A DNA stretch of 64,000 nucleotides from Nitrospirota bacterium (lineage in GTDB: Bacteria > Nitrospirota > Thermodesulfovibrionia > Thermodesulfovibrionales > Dissulfurispiraceae): assembly GCA_040754455.1 (NCBI GenBank), contig JBFMCP010000016.1, positions 1-64,000 of the forward strand. Direction: 5' to 3'. Numbering within the stretch: position 1 is the stretch's first letter; each line of letters begins with the position of its first letter. The notes beneath the pieces were generated by a model, which was not told where the DNA came from, ran no database searches, and worked only from the letters and a program-made list of their open reading frames with translations. Made by a program: the position numbers and the translations under genes. This document shows positions 1 through 9,770 of the stretch, piece by piece.

Positions 1-174
1 CAGTTATGCCATGAGAATAAACTTGAGACACCGGAGTGGGCAAAGAAGCTCTCTTTAAAGGAGCCGCATTTTTATGGTGGCTCCAAATTAAAGATGATCT
101 TATTAAAGGAGTCTCCTGTTGCTTTCAGGAAAAGGAATCTTTTTGTTTCGTCAAGCGTTATGTTGAGAGTTTAA
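1..174 (+). CDS. 3' end of putative antitoxin-like partner of the downstream nucleotidyltransferase (truncated by window edge)
   Basis: Frame-1 ORF QLCHENKLETPEWAKK...KESPVAFRKRNLFVSSSVMLRV*. TAA overlaps the next ATG (TAATG). The P-x-W...ESP-x-x-F-x-x-RN-x-F pattern resembles partners of DUF6036-type NTases (from memory). Confidence 0.55.
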   Translation, partial: QLCHENKLETPEWAKKLSLKEPHFYGGSKLKMILLKESPVAFRKRNLFVSSSVMLRV

Positions 175-501
175 TGCTATCAAAAGCAGACATTGAGAAA
201 TATCTTGAAGCTTTAAATGACGAACTCCGCAAAAAGGAAGCCATCGGTGAGCTTTATATGGTTGGCGGAGCGGTAATGTGTCTTGTATTTAACGCCAGGG
301 AGTCCACAAAAGATATTGACGCGATCTTCGCTCCCAAGGACATCATTAATGAATGCGCTTCCATTGTGGCGTCCGACTACAATTTGAGCAATGATTGGCT
401 CAACGATGCAGTTAAAGGCTTTGCGTCAGATAAGGGAAGCTTTGATAGCTATGTTGAGTATAGCAATTTAAGAGTGTTTACGGCCATCCCTGAATATTTA
501 T
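174..501 (+). pseudogene. DUF6036-like nucleotidyltransferase, 3'-truncated by IS21
   Basis: MLSKADIE...LYMVGGAVM...RESTKDIDA...DWLND (GG + DxD NTase motifs). The sequence switches to the IS21 end at 502, right after IPEYL. Confidence 0.75.
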
Positions 502-1190
502 TGCGTATTCCGGTGAAATCGAACCCTTGGTCCGAGCATCCCGTACCCCTGCTGAAGGCATAGCGAAGCTGGACGTTAGTATCTTGCTGCTGCTGTTCGG
601 ATTGCGTCAATTTCGTTTTCGTTTTTCTCATCGACTCTCCCTTCAGCGCAAGCTTGTGTGCATTATGCACAATCCTGTCCAGGATGGCATCGGCAAGCGT
701 CGGCTCTCCGATGAGGTCATGCCATTTTGATACTGGATATTGACTGGTGATGATCGTCGATTTCAGCCCGTGCCGATCCTCCATCACCTCAAGGAAGCCC
801 CTCCTTTCTTCGTCAGTCAATGCTGTCAGTCCCCAGTCATCAATGATAAGCAGATCAGTCTTTGCCCATCGATTAAGCAGTTTGATGTAGCTGCCATCAC
901 CGCGTGCAATGGTCAGCTCTCTGAGGAGCCGGGGGCTTCGGTAGGACAGTGCGGTATAGCCCTCCCTGCATGCCTTGTTTGCGAATGCTTCGGCGATATA
1001 GGACTTGCCGATGCCTGTGGGGCCGGTGATGACGATGTTGTGATGATTTCTGCCCCACTGGCAGGTGGCCAACGAGAGGATAAGGGATTTGTCCAATCCA
1101 CGGGGATGCCGATAGTCGATATCCTCAACCGTGGCGTTTTGTCTGAGCCGCGCCGCCTTCAGTCTGGTGTGCAGCTTTCTGTTCTCCCTG
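502..1190 (-). pseudogene. istB: IstB helper ATPase, N-terminally truncated
   Basis: Walker A GPTGIGKS, LLIIDDWG and ADAILDRIVH. The frame extends upstream (RENRKLHTRLKAARLRQNATVEDIDY) only to about 1190, where istA sequence begins. Confidence 0.85.
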
Positions 1191-2231
1191 GCCGTCCACC
1201 TCGATGTGATAGTCGATGTTCACCGTGGTCCTCTTCCATTCCGCGTACTCGTACCGGGTGGCGGGCAGTGGTTTAAGGGAGGGCTTCTCAATGCTCTCAA
1301 AGAGTTCCTTCCGTGTGGTGGCGAGTCTCCTGAAGGGACGCCCGTTCAGACGTTCGAGGAGTTCCCTGATCTTTGCGTTCAGTTCGGCCAGGCTGAAGAA
1401 GGTGTGATGTCGCAAGGCAGCCAGTATCCATCGGGTCACCAGCAGGACCCCGGCTTCCACCTTTGCCTTGTCTCTGGGCTTTCTGACTCGTGCGGGGATG
1501 CAAACAGTGCCGTAATGCTGACAGAGATCACGGTAGGTGGGATTCAAGTCCGGCTCATACCGGCAAGGCTTCGTGACTCCTGACTTGAGATTGTCCGGAA
1601 TGATGAGAGCCGTGATCCCCTGAAAGTACTCAAAGGCTCTGACATGTGCGCCGATCCACGACGGCAGATCCTGCGATGAAACCGCCTCGGCATAGGTGTA
1701 ATTGCTCGCCCCCAGTACCGCAACGAAAACTTCCGCATCCGTAACTTCCCCAGTTGTGGAGTCGACTATCGGGATCGTATGGCCGGCAAAGTCCACGAAC
1801 ATCTTCTCGCCAGCCTTGTGCTCCTGCCGCAAAGTGACATCGACCGTCTTTTCCCATCGCCGATACCGCTCACAGAACTGGCTGTACTGATAGCCCTCAG
1901 GATACTTCTCCTTGTACTCAAGCCACAGCAACTGCAGGGTGACGCCCTTTTTGCGCAAATCACAGTGCAGTTCCTCCATGGGCGGCAGGGGACGCACTGC
2001 CGCTTTCGGCGATGGCTCCGCTGGAAAGAGCAGCGCTTCAATTGCGGCATCGTCAAGGTCGGCGGGCAGGGGCCAACTGATCAGCGCTTTCTTCGCTCTC
2101 CTGACGTATTCAACAACGGTGCTCGGTGACACCGAACATGCCCGTGCTATCTGTTTTTTGCCAAGCTTCAGTTCATAGTACAGCCTTAGAATTTCACGTA
2201 TCTTCCGCATGGATACCTTCTTGTTGGCCAT
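1125..2231 (-). pseudogene. istA: IstA DDE transposase, C-terminally truncated
   Basis: N-terminal HTH, FVDFAG, IIPDNLKSGV and DKAKVE. After HIEVDG it runs out of frame into istB DNA and stops at 368 aa (about 500 aa is typical). Confidence 0.9.
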
Positions 2232-2415
2232 TGTTCCTCCTACAGTCTTTTCCTGCTAGGAACAATGGCATAGTGTATCCAGCTTCGGGTATGCTCTCAG
2301 TCCGCTCTTTTGCTAAAAAGCGTTCGGCTTAGGCGCCGAATGGGGGTTCGGAATGCTCCGGAATCAGGGTTCGGTTTGCTCCGGAATGGAGGTTCGATTA
2401 AGGCCGGTGCACGCA

Positions 2416-2790
2416 GAGAGGCCGAGTCGCAGATGCAGAGGTTCGAGCAGCGCTGGCTCCGGCAGTATCCCCACGTCGTAAAATCCTGGTGGGCGAACTG
2501 GGACCCTCTCACGACCTTCTTCCGCTACCCGGTGGAGATCCGGAAGGTCATGTACACCACCAACATCATCGAAAGCGTTAACAGCAAGTTCAGGAAGGTC
2601 ACAGATGCCCGCCGGGTCTTCCCCTCGGACGAGGCGGTGCTGAAGTCCCTCTGCATGGCTGCGCTTGAGCTTGAAAGGAAATGGAGCAAACCTATCAAGG
2701 ATTGGGCTATAATCTATGCACAGCTCGTCGTCCTCTTCGAAGACAGGCTGTTATGAGGAAACTGATTTACACAGTTGACGAGACAGTCCC
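2416..2790 (+). mobile_element. IS256-family remnant (transposase C-terminus plus right end)
   Basis: YPVEIRKVMYTTNIIESVNSKFRKVT..RRVFPSDEAVLK motif, stop at 2756. IS256-like end TTTACACAGTTGACGAGACAGTCCC at 2766-2790. Confidence 0.85.
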
Positions 2791-2968
2791 ACGCTCAACT
2801 CCAAAGTTGTCAAAATAGGTGTTCTGTGGGAGAATGTTCTTCCTTTCTACAAGCTCTGAAACCGTCTGGGGCAAAACAGAACGATCCCACGGGAACAGGC
2901 AGCCTTCAGCTGCTGCTCAGCGGGAGCTGTCAGATCAAGTCTTGACAAGTACAATGCTGTACAGTCGT

Positions 2969-4633
2969 TTAGTCGTCCCGCATGATCGCGCCGTTGCCGG
3001 CAGAGCTCACGAGTTTGGCGTAGCGCGCAAGATAGCCGTGCCGTATCTTCGGCTTCGGCTGGCGCCATTTGGAGAGGCGATGGGCGATCTCCTCCCCGGG
3101 AAGCAGAAGCTCGAGTTTCCTTTTGGGAATATCGATCTGTATCCTGTCCCCGTCCTTTACGATGGCAATAGGTCCACCTTCCATTGCCTCGGGTGATATA
3201 TGGCCGATGCAGGGGCCGCGGGTGCCGCCGGAAAACCTTCCGTCGGTAATCAAGGCAACGGACTCGCTCAGGCCCATGCCAGCGATCGCCGCCGTAGGGG
3301 AAAGCATTTCCCTCATGCCGGGACCCCCCTTCGGTCCCTCATACCTGATGACCACCACATCGCCCGCTTTGATATCGCCGTTGATGATCGCCTTCATGCC
3401 CGCTTCTTCAGAGTCAAAGACCCTCGCGGTCCCCTCGAACTTCATCATGCCCTTGCTCACTGCGGTCTGCTTTACGACAGCACCTTCAGGCGCGAGATTC
3501 CCCTTCAATACAGCAATCCCGCCTTCTTTGTGATACGCCTTTTCGATAGGCCTTACCACCTCTTCATCCATAATGACGGCGCTTGCAGCGATGTCTTCGA
3601 TATTCCTCCCTGAAACGGTCAGTGCGGCGTTGAGCATGCCCTTGAGTCTCTTCAAGACCGCAGGAATACCGCCGGCATTGTCCAGGTCTTCCATGTAATA
3701 AACCCCGCCGGGAATCATATTGGTGATGTGCGGCGTTGTTCTGCTCAGCTCATCGAAGGTCTCAAGCGGCAGCGCGATCTCCGCCTCATGAGCAATGGCC
3801 GGAATGTGCAACGCCGTGTTGGTAGAGCCTCCGAGGGCGAGATCGACCCTGATCGCATTCTCAAAGGCATTCTTTGTCATGATCTTCCTCGGAGTGACGT
3901 TTTTCTTTATGAGGTCCACGATTCTTACGCCGCTCTCAAACGCGATCCTCTTTTTCTGCGCGAGCACGGCGGGCGCCGTAGCGCATCCGGGCAAACTCAT
4001 GCCGAGGGATTCGGTGACACAGGCCATGGTATTGGCGGTATACATGCCCTGGCACGAGCCAGCGCCGGGACAGGCGCACATTTCAAGGGCCTGCAGCTCG
4101 TCGTCCTTTATCAGTCCCTTTTTGTACTTTCCTACTGCCTCGAAGGTATCGCTGGTGAGATTCAGCCTTCTGCCTTTATAATGCCCGCCCAGCATGGGTC
4201 CTGCGGTGACGACAATACTCGGTATGTTCAACCGTGCTGCGGCCATGAGCATGCCGGGGGTTATCTTATCGCAATTCGTCAGAAGCACGAGACCATCGAG
4301 ACGGTGCGCCTCCGCAATGGTTTCTACCATATCGGCGATCAGTTCTCGGGATGCCAGGGAATAATGCATTCCCTTATGGCCCATGGCAATGCCGTCACAG
4401 ATGCCGGGGACGCCGAAAAAGAAGGGATATCCACCCCCGGTATGAACGCCTTTCTCGATGAACCGTTCCAGGTCCCGCATTCCCGTATGTCCGGGAATAA
4501 TATCGGTAAAACTGGTGGCGACTCCGATGAAGGGTTTGTCCATCTCGCTTTTGGGAATACCCGTAGCATAGAGCAGTGCCCGGTGGGGAACTCTCTCAAT
4601 CCCTTTTTTGATGGTGGTGCTTCTTATAGCCAT
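2969..4633 (-). CDS. ilvD: dihydroxy-acid dehydratase
   Basis: [33 protein letters not shown] and TDGRFSG motifs; 554 aa. Confidence 0.97.
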   Translation of the reverse strand: MAIRSTTIKKGIERVPHRALLYATGIPKSEMDKPFIGVATSFTDIIPGHTGMRDLERFIEKGVHTGGGYPFFFGVPGICDGIAMGHKGMHYSLASRELIADMVETIAEAHRLDGLVLLTNCDKITPGMLMAAARLNIPSIVVTAGPMLGGHYKGRRLNLTSDTFEAVGKYKKGLIKDDELQALEMCACPGAGSCQGMYTANTMACVTESLGMSLPGCATAPAVLAQKKRIAFESGVRIVDLIKKNVTPRKIMTKNAFENAIRVDLALGGSTNTALHIPAIAHEAEIALPLETFDELSRTTPHITNMIPGGVYYMEDLDNAGGIPAVLKRLKGMLNAALTVSGRNIEDIAASAVIMDEEVVRPIEKAYHKEGGIAVLKGNLAPEGAVVKQTAVSKGMMKFEGTARVFDSEEAGMKAIINGDIKAGDVVVIRYEGPKGGPGMREMLSPTAAIAGMGLSESVALITDGRFSGGTRGPCIGHISPEAMEGGPIAIVKDGDRIQIDIPKRKLELLLPGEEIAHRLSKWRQPKPKIRHGYLARYAKLVSSAGNGAIMRDD

Positions 4634-4651
4634 AGTACCCCTTTCTCTGCA

Positions 4652-4688
4652 TTCAGCCGGTAGGCTTTGGGGAAGCCTACCGGCTGAA
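4652..4688. repeat. perfect 16-bp inverted repeat upstream of ilvD
   Basis: TTCAGCCGGTAGGCTT-tgggg-AAGCCTACCGGCTGAA. Confidence 0.75.
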
Positions 4689-4733
4689 ATATTCTGGTGC
4701 GATTGATATTGTTAATGTTTTATATGGTCAGGT

Positions 4734-4961
4734 TCAGGAGTGCACGAGTCTTCTGTAGTCCCGTATCATCTCAGCAATCTTGTCTTTTTTTTGCAGCTTT
4801 TCTTTTTTCAATCTATGCATCTCGATTTCTTCGTCAGGTGAAAGGTAATGTTTTTTGTTGTACTCCGCAAGCCTCGTGTCCAGCTCCCTATGCTCCTGGT
4901 ACACCCTCCTGAACTCCTCGTTCTCCCTCTTCAATGCTTCGACAATCTCTTCATCGCTCAT
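4734..4961 (-). CDS. DUF465/YdcH-family small coiled-coil protein
   Basis: EF..VY.EH.ELD...EI..LKKEKL..KD.I pattern; AAGGAGG RBS. Confidence 0.8.
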   Translation of the reverse strand: MSDEEIVEALKRENEEFRRVYQEHRELDTRLAEYNKKHYLSPDEEIEMHRLKKEKLQKKDKIAEMIRDYRRLVHS

Positions 4962-5198
4962 AGCGCAGCCTCCTTGGCATGAGATTATTTACTATTCAAT
5001 TGTACAATAAAACAGAAGAAATTTTATATCTTCACCTCGGGCTGAGATTCCTGTTATACTGTGAGGACGTCCTCTTATCAACCATACTCCCGCCGTCAAT
5101 GTCGGCCCTCCGCACCGCCGGTCGCACATCTGTGCATTACGCTTTTATTTCAGACGTTTTTACGACACAACTTCTAATCGCAATGGTCGGGAGTGCAC

Positions 5199-6248
5199 TT
5201 AGCGGCTTTTGTCGATGTCGGGTGCGATCTGCGGTTTCTTCAAATCAATAGGTTTTTGCTTAATGCCAATCTCTTCAATAAGACCCTCCCTCGTTCCCTG
5301 CATCGGGGCCGGCCCAGGGGCAGGCTGCCTCTTTACCGGCTCTGCAGGCGGGACAAGCTTGACGGCATGTTCCTGATAGGGGGCAGAGGTTGCTTGCGGT
5401 ACGCTCCTGGGCTGATCTTCGGGAAAGGCAGAGTAATTTTCCTGTCCGCTCTTCGGCGCTTGAGCGGTCTCCTGCGCCTTCGGCTGGAGGAGGATGATGC
5501 TGATCCTCCGGTTCCTAGGATCCTTGGGATTATCCTTGATCAACAGCTCCGTATCCGCATAACCGACCACCCGTGCGATCCGCCGGGGATCGATATGATT
5601 GGCCTCAAGCTCTTTTCGTGCTGACGAGGCCCGCTGTGTCGAGAGCTCCCAATTAGTGGTCTGTCCTGCCTTCAAGGGAGCAGCATCGGTATGCCCCTCA
5701 ATGGCGATCCGGTTCGGCAGATCCTTCATGTTCTCGCCTACCAGTTTCAGTATCTCCTTGGCGCGGAGGGTAAGCTCGGTGCTGCCGGGAAGAAACATCG
5801 GTCTCCCCTCCATATCGACAAGCTGTATCCTCACGCCCCCCTCAAAGGTGTCGACAATAGCCTGGTCCTTCAACGACTTCAGCTTTTCTTCTATGTCTTT
5901 TTTGAGCTGCTCTTTCAGGGCGTCTGCAGAAAGCTCCCGTGCTCCCTTCCCGAAAGCAGAGGAGGAAGACTGGACGTCTCCGCCCGATTGGTCGAATATT
6001 TGAGAGGATTCCTGAAGGAATGAGCTCCCCGATTGGGAGTCAGACTGGAAAAGGCTGAATTCCCTGAAATACTGAGCTATTGCCGCCCTTTTCTCAGGCG
6101 ATACCATAGCGAGGAGCCACATGAGCAGAAAAAAGGCCATCATAGCGGTCACAAAGTCGGCATACGCAACCTTCCAGCTGCCGCCGTGGTGCCCCTCGTG
6201 GCCCTTTTTAATCTTCTTGATGATGATTATTTTTGATTTATCGGCCAT
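5199..6248 (-). CDS. motB: flagellar stator protein MotB
   Basis: GGSWKVAYADFVTAMMAFF TM segment with the conserved Asp; OmpA-like EGHTD...NWELS..RA...RNRRI; Pro-rich tail. Start chosen at MADKSK. Confidence 0.93.
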   Translation of the reverse strand: MADKSKIIIIKKIKKGHEGHHGGSWKVAYADFVTAMMAFFLLMWLLAMVSPEKRAAIAQYFREFSLFQSDSQSGSSFLQESSQIFDQSGGDVQSSSSAFGKGARELSADALKEQLKKDIEEKLKSLKDQAIVDTFEGGVRIQLVDMEGRPMFLPGSTELTLRAKEILKLVGENMKDLPNRIAIEGHTDAAPLKAGQTTNWELSTQRASSARKELEANHIDPRRIARVVGYADTELLIKDNPKDPRNRRISIILLQPKAQETAQAPKSGQENYSAFPEDQPRSVPQATSAPYQEHAVKLVPPAEPVKRQPAPGPAPMQGTREGLIEEIGIKQKPIDLKKPQIAPDIDKSR

Positions 6249-6347
6249 GATCGTCAAGTGTGAAGCATCGCCTGTCGCGCGTCGGTCTCAGAAAATTCTC
6301 TTTCTCCTATCTCACGACGCTTGACGCACAACGCACAGCGCGTGACG

Positions 6348-7205
6348 CTATTTCTTCAGCTCCCTGAGGGCATCTTCGACCTCAATGAAACTGGGCTTTA
6401 CATGTGCGGGTATAATTCTACGGGCGAATTCGACGGCGATCTGCGGCGCCGCTCCTCCCACAAAAGAGACCAGCGCCACTTTCAATACATTCAGGTATTC
6501 CCGCTCCTCATGGGCTATGTGCTCCATATTTCTTGCCAGAGGCCCCACAAACCCATAGCACATCAGCACACCCATGAAGGTTCCGACCAATGCCGCACCG
6601 ATGTGATGGCCCAAGACCTCAGGAGGCTCGCTGATCTTGCCCATCGTGATGACAACGCCCAGCACCGCTGCAACAATACCGAGACCCGGCAAGGAGTCCG
6701 CCATATTGGTAATGCTCTTCGAGGGAGCGAGCAATTCTTCGTGGTGGGCCTCTAGCTCGCTATCCAGCAGCGCCTCCAGCTCATGGGGCGATATACTGGT
6801 CGTCATCACCGTCCTGAGCGTATCGGTGACCAGCGCAACGGCATGGTGGTTTTTGAGGAAGCGAGGATAATTACTGAATATCTTGCTCTCTTCGGGATTG
6901 TCGACGTCGGCTTCGATCGAGACGAGTCCTTCTTTCCGTATCTTCGAGAAAATCTCGCTCATAAGCATGAGTATTTCCAGATAATCAGAGGCCTTGTATG
7001 CCTTGCCCGCCACAACCCCAAGGACGCTCTTGCTCACCGACTTAATGACTCTCATGGGGGAGGCAATAATGAATCCCCCGATAGCAGCACCAAAAATGAT
7101 CACCACCTCGGCAGGCTGAAAAAGAACATGGAGATTTCCGTGCTCCATCAGATAGCCGCCGATGACGGTGCCTAGTACGACAAGTGCGCCGATGATCGCA
7201 AACAT
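6348..7205 (-). CDS. motA: flagellar stator protein MotA (E. coli-like)
   Basis: LFQPAE, PGLGIVAAVLGVV, IGAALVGTFMG and PQIAVEFAR motifs. Confidence 0.95.
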   Translation of the reverse strand: MFAIIGALVVLGTVIGGYLMEHGNLHVLFQPAEVVIIFGAAIGGFIIASPMRVIKSVSKSVLGVVAGKAYKASDYLEILMLMSEIFSKIRKEGLVSIEADVDNPEESKIFSNYPRFLKNHHAVALVTDTLRTVMTTSISPHELEALLDSELEAHHEELLAPSKSITNMADSLPGLGIVAAVLGVVITMGKISEPPEVLGHHIGAALVGTFMGVLMCYGFVGPLARNMEHIAHEEREYLNVLKVALVSFVGGAAPQIAVEFARRIIPAHVKPSFIEVEDALRELKK

Positions 7206-7275
7206 TTTTCAGCTTTCAGCTCTCAGCTCTTAGTCTCCCGTCCGACAACTGACCACTAAGAGCCGATAACTGTTT

Positions 7276-7812
7276 TTACCCCCTCTTGTCTCTGAGTATC
7301 TCCCGCTGCCGCTTAAAAACGAACTTGACGATCTGATCTCTTACCTCTTCATCGATCGCAATGAACTTTGTTCCCGTGTAATAGCTCTCGGGCCTCTTCT
7401 CGATCTTTACCACTTCACCGTAGAGATAAAGCGCCACCGGCGGCATCACCGGCAGGATCAGCTTCATTTCCAGCACGTCACCCTGATGATACTTTTCCCT
7501 CGATCCAAAACCTATTCCAGCGCCGCTGATATTGACCTGCGCGAAGGGGAGCGATCCGAATCCTTCTCTTTGAAAGGTCAGGATGTTGATAACGGCGTCG
7601 AGCTTCGCATTGAGCATTCGCATCCAATCGCCGAGGAGCTTATCCGGCAGGTCGGGCAGTGCCTTGGTCTCCGCAAGCACCGACGCTCCCGACATCTTCG
7701 CCCGTATGTCTTTCCGCTCCTCCAGCGGGAGAAGACGCACCTCGAAGGGAATGCGGGCATCCACGCGAGAAAATTCTCTCATCTGTATATAGCGCTCGTT
7801 CTCCATATCCAT
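7276..7812 (-). CDS. PilZ-domain c-di-GMP receptor
   Basis: RxxxR (REFSR) and NxSxxG (NISGAG) motifs; C-terminal IVKFVFKRQRE. Confidence 0.85.
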   Translation of the reverse strand: MDMENERYIQMREFSRVDARIPFEVRLLPLEERKDIRAKMSGASVLAETKALPDLPDKLLGDWMRMLNAKLDAVINILTFQREGFGSLPFAQVNISGAGIGFGSREKYHQGDVLEMKLILPVMPPVALYLYGEVVKIEKRPESYYTGTKFIAIDEEVRDQIVKFVFKRQREILRDKRG

Positions 7813-7828
7813 TGTCGTTAACGTCCTT

Positions 7829-8479
7829 TCATTGCGCCTGCTGGGTGGCTATCACCATTTCGACGCGGCGGTTTTTGGCCTTGCCTTCATCGGTGTCGTT
7901 GCTCGCAACGGGACGGTATTCGGCGTATCCCGCGATGGAGAATTTGTCGGGGTCGATGCCCTGTCCGATAAAGTAATGGACCATGCTCGCCGCCCGAGCC
8001 GTCGAGAGCTCCCAGTTGGAGGCATACTTCCCCCCCGACAGGGGCACGTTATCGGTATGGCCCTCTATGGTGATGCGCCCCGGCGCCGTCTTGACGAATT
8101 TCGAGAGGTTCTCGAGCACGCCCGCCGACTCGGGCTTTATCTCCGCAGAGCCCGACGGAAACAGTACGGCATCGGAGAAGGTGACGACCACACCGCGCGG
8201 CTCGCTCTTTACCGAAACGCCGGATGCATTGCTCACCAACTTCTTGACTTCATCGATGAGTGCCTTATTCTGCTCCGGAGCAACATGGATAGGATCGTCG
8301 ATGACCTTAAATGTCTGTTTCAACGACCCCGAGAACTTTTCCATCTTCGCCTTGTCCATGGATGAGAGCGCATAGAGTGCGGCAAAGAAGGTGAACAGCA
8401 GGGTGATGAAATCCGCATACGAGATCAGCCACCGCTCATGGTTATCGTGAATCTCGCCGCTCTTGCGCCGTCCCCTCAT
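7829..8479 (-). CDS. motD: second stator B subunit (MotD/MotB-like)
   Basis: ERWLISYADFITLL, EGHTDN, NWELSTARA and KNRRVE motifs. Confidence 0.88.
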   Translation of the reverse strand: MRGRRKSGEIHDNHERWLISYADFITLLFTFFAALYALSSMDKAKMEKFSGSLKQTFKVIDDPIHVAPEQNKALIDEVKKLVSNASGVSVKSEPRGVVVTFSDAVLFPSGSAEIKPESAGVLENLSKFVKTAPGRITIEGHTDNVPLSGGKYASNWELSTARAASMVHYFIGQGIDPDKFSIAGYAEYRPVASNDTDEGKAKNRRVEMVIATQQAQ

Positions 8480-8496
8480 GGTGCCCGCTCCTCTTC

Positions 8497-9255
8497 TTAC
8501 TCCTCTTTCTCGTGCTCGGCCAGAAACGCATTCAGGCGGGCTTTCAGAAAGTACGGATTCACTCCGCTCTCGATGCCGAGGACTCCCTCGACGATCAGTT
8601 CCCGTATGAATACCTCCTCTTTGAGCCGGTTCATTATTTTTTTCCCTATGGGGAGAAAGAGGAGATTAGCGGAACCGACGCCGTAGATCGTTGCAACGAA
8701 TGCCACGGCGATACCCCCGCCGATTTTGGAAGGATCAGAGACATTCCTCATCACCTGGATCAACCCTAGCACCGCACCGAGGATGCCGACGGTCGGCGCA
8801 TACCCTCCTGCCGACTCGTAGACCCGCGATGCCTTTTTCAACGACTCCTCATACGTCGTAATTTCCTGATAGAGTATCTCCTTGATCATCGCGGGGGTCA
8901 TGCCGTCGATGACGAGGTTCAACCCTTTTCTCAGAAAGTCATTTTCAATATTTTTGACCTGGGACTCGAGCGCAATCAGCCCCATCTTTCTCGCTTTCAC
9001 GAGAATGCCGAGAATATCCTCGATGACTTCGGTCGATGCGTATGATTTTTTGCCGAATGCAAAGCCGATCGCCTTCAGGGCATTGATGATATCATGCGTC
9101 GAGAAGCTGAGCAGCGTGGCGCCGAGCGTCCCGCCGAATACAATGATTGCTGCAGCACCCTGGACAAGGTGTGCGGTATTGCCCCCCTCGATGATATTCC
9201 CTCCGACGACGGCACCGATACCGAGGAGGAGCCCGATAAATGCCGCTATGTCCAT
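8497..9255 (-). CDS. motC: second stator A subunit (MotC/MotA-like)
   Basis: GGYAPTVGILGAVLGLI and IAVAFVATIYGVGSANL motifs. Confidence 0.9.
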   Translation of the reverse strand: MDIAAFIGLLLGIGAVVGGNIIEGGNTAHLVQGAAAIIVFGGTLGATLLSFSTHDIINALKAIGFAFGKKSYASTEVIEDILGILVKARKMGLIALESQVKNIENDFLRKGLNLVIDGMTPAMIKEILYQEITTYEESLKKASRVYESAGGYAPTVGILGAVLGLIQVMRNVSDPSKIGGGIAVAFVATIYGVGSANLLFLPIGKKIMNRLKEEVFIRELIVEGVLGIESGVNPYFLKARLNAFLAEHEKEE

Positions 9256-9309
9256 AGGTGACTTTTGTCCTTTCGGAAGAGTGATAAGCGTCGGCTCATT
9301 ATATACTAT

Positions 9310-9336
9310 TTATCGGCAAAAAATACGTCTTATAAA
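9310..9336 (-). promoter_or_regulatory. putative sigma28 (FliA) promoter for the stator operon
   Basis: Minus strand TTTA-N15-GCCGATAA (perfect -10), 55 nt upstream of motC. Confidence 0.6.
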
Positions 9337-9389
9337 ATAAGAGCAGCAGGTTTTTCTGCTGCTCTCCGCATGCTCGACAAATGAACGAC

Positions 9390-9770
9390 CTATACGGTAT
9401 TCCTAATACTCACCCAGCCCTCTCGAAGCGGCTTAAGCAAACCCGCTATATGTTCCATTTTTTCAGCATCATTGTCGGCGTTTGCCAAAACAAGCTCCCT
9501 CATCATATAGACATAAAGATCCTGGAGGTTCCTGGCGACGTCCCCACCCTTTTCGAGATCGAGGGCGTTATGAAGCTCCTCTATTATCGCCATCGTCTTG
9601 TCGATATATTTGATCTTTGTCTCAATCTCTTTCTTTGTGGTGGCGGTAATGGCCTTATCAAGGAACTCTATGGCGCCGTCGTACAGCATGATGACAAGTT
9701 CTACAGGGTTGTATGTCGTCTTAACTTTTGTTTGCGTATATGCATTGTGGGCATATGCAGCATTAAGCAT
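9390..9770 (-). CDS. fliS: flagellin chaperone FliS
   Basis: AY......P.ELVIMLYDGAI...L..ALD.EKGG.VA.NL..LY. Confidence 0.95.
   Translation of the reverse strand: MLNAAYAHNAYTQTKVKTTYNPVELVIMLYDGAIEFLDKAITATTKKEIETKIKYIDKTMAIIEELHNALDLEKGGDVARNLQDLYVYMMRELVLANADNDAEKMEHIAGLLKPLREGWVSIRNTV

Larger units (their letters stand above)
502..2415 (-). mobile_element. IS21-family element, internally deleted (about 1.9 kb)
   Basis: TG...CA termini with imperfect IRs: TGCGTATTCCGGTGAAATCGAACC (502) vs revcomp TGCGTGCACCGGCCTTAATCGAACC (2415). Multiple subterminal repeats at 2335-2400. Carries istA and istB. No target-site duplication. Confidence 0.9.

Noticed and set aside
36..173. Tracked N-terminal extension of the 175-aa ORF
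   Set aside because: Overlaps a better frame-1 gene; the real start is probably the ATG at 174 (TAATG coupling).
2335..2410. Regularly spaced GGTTCG/CCGGAAT repeats, CRISPR-like at first glance
   Set aside because: These are IS21 subterminal transposase-binding repeats; no spacers or cas genes.
2310..2415. N-terminus of the tracked 148-aa ORF
   Set aside because: It is translated IS21 terminal-repeat DNA fused to the IS256 fragment.
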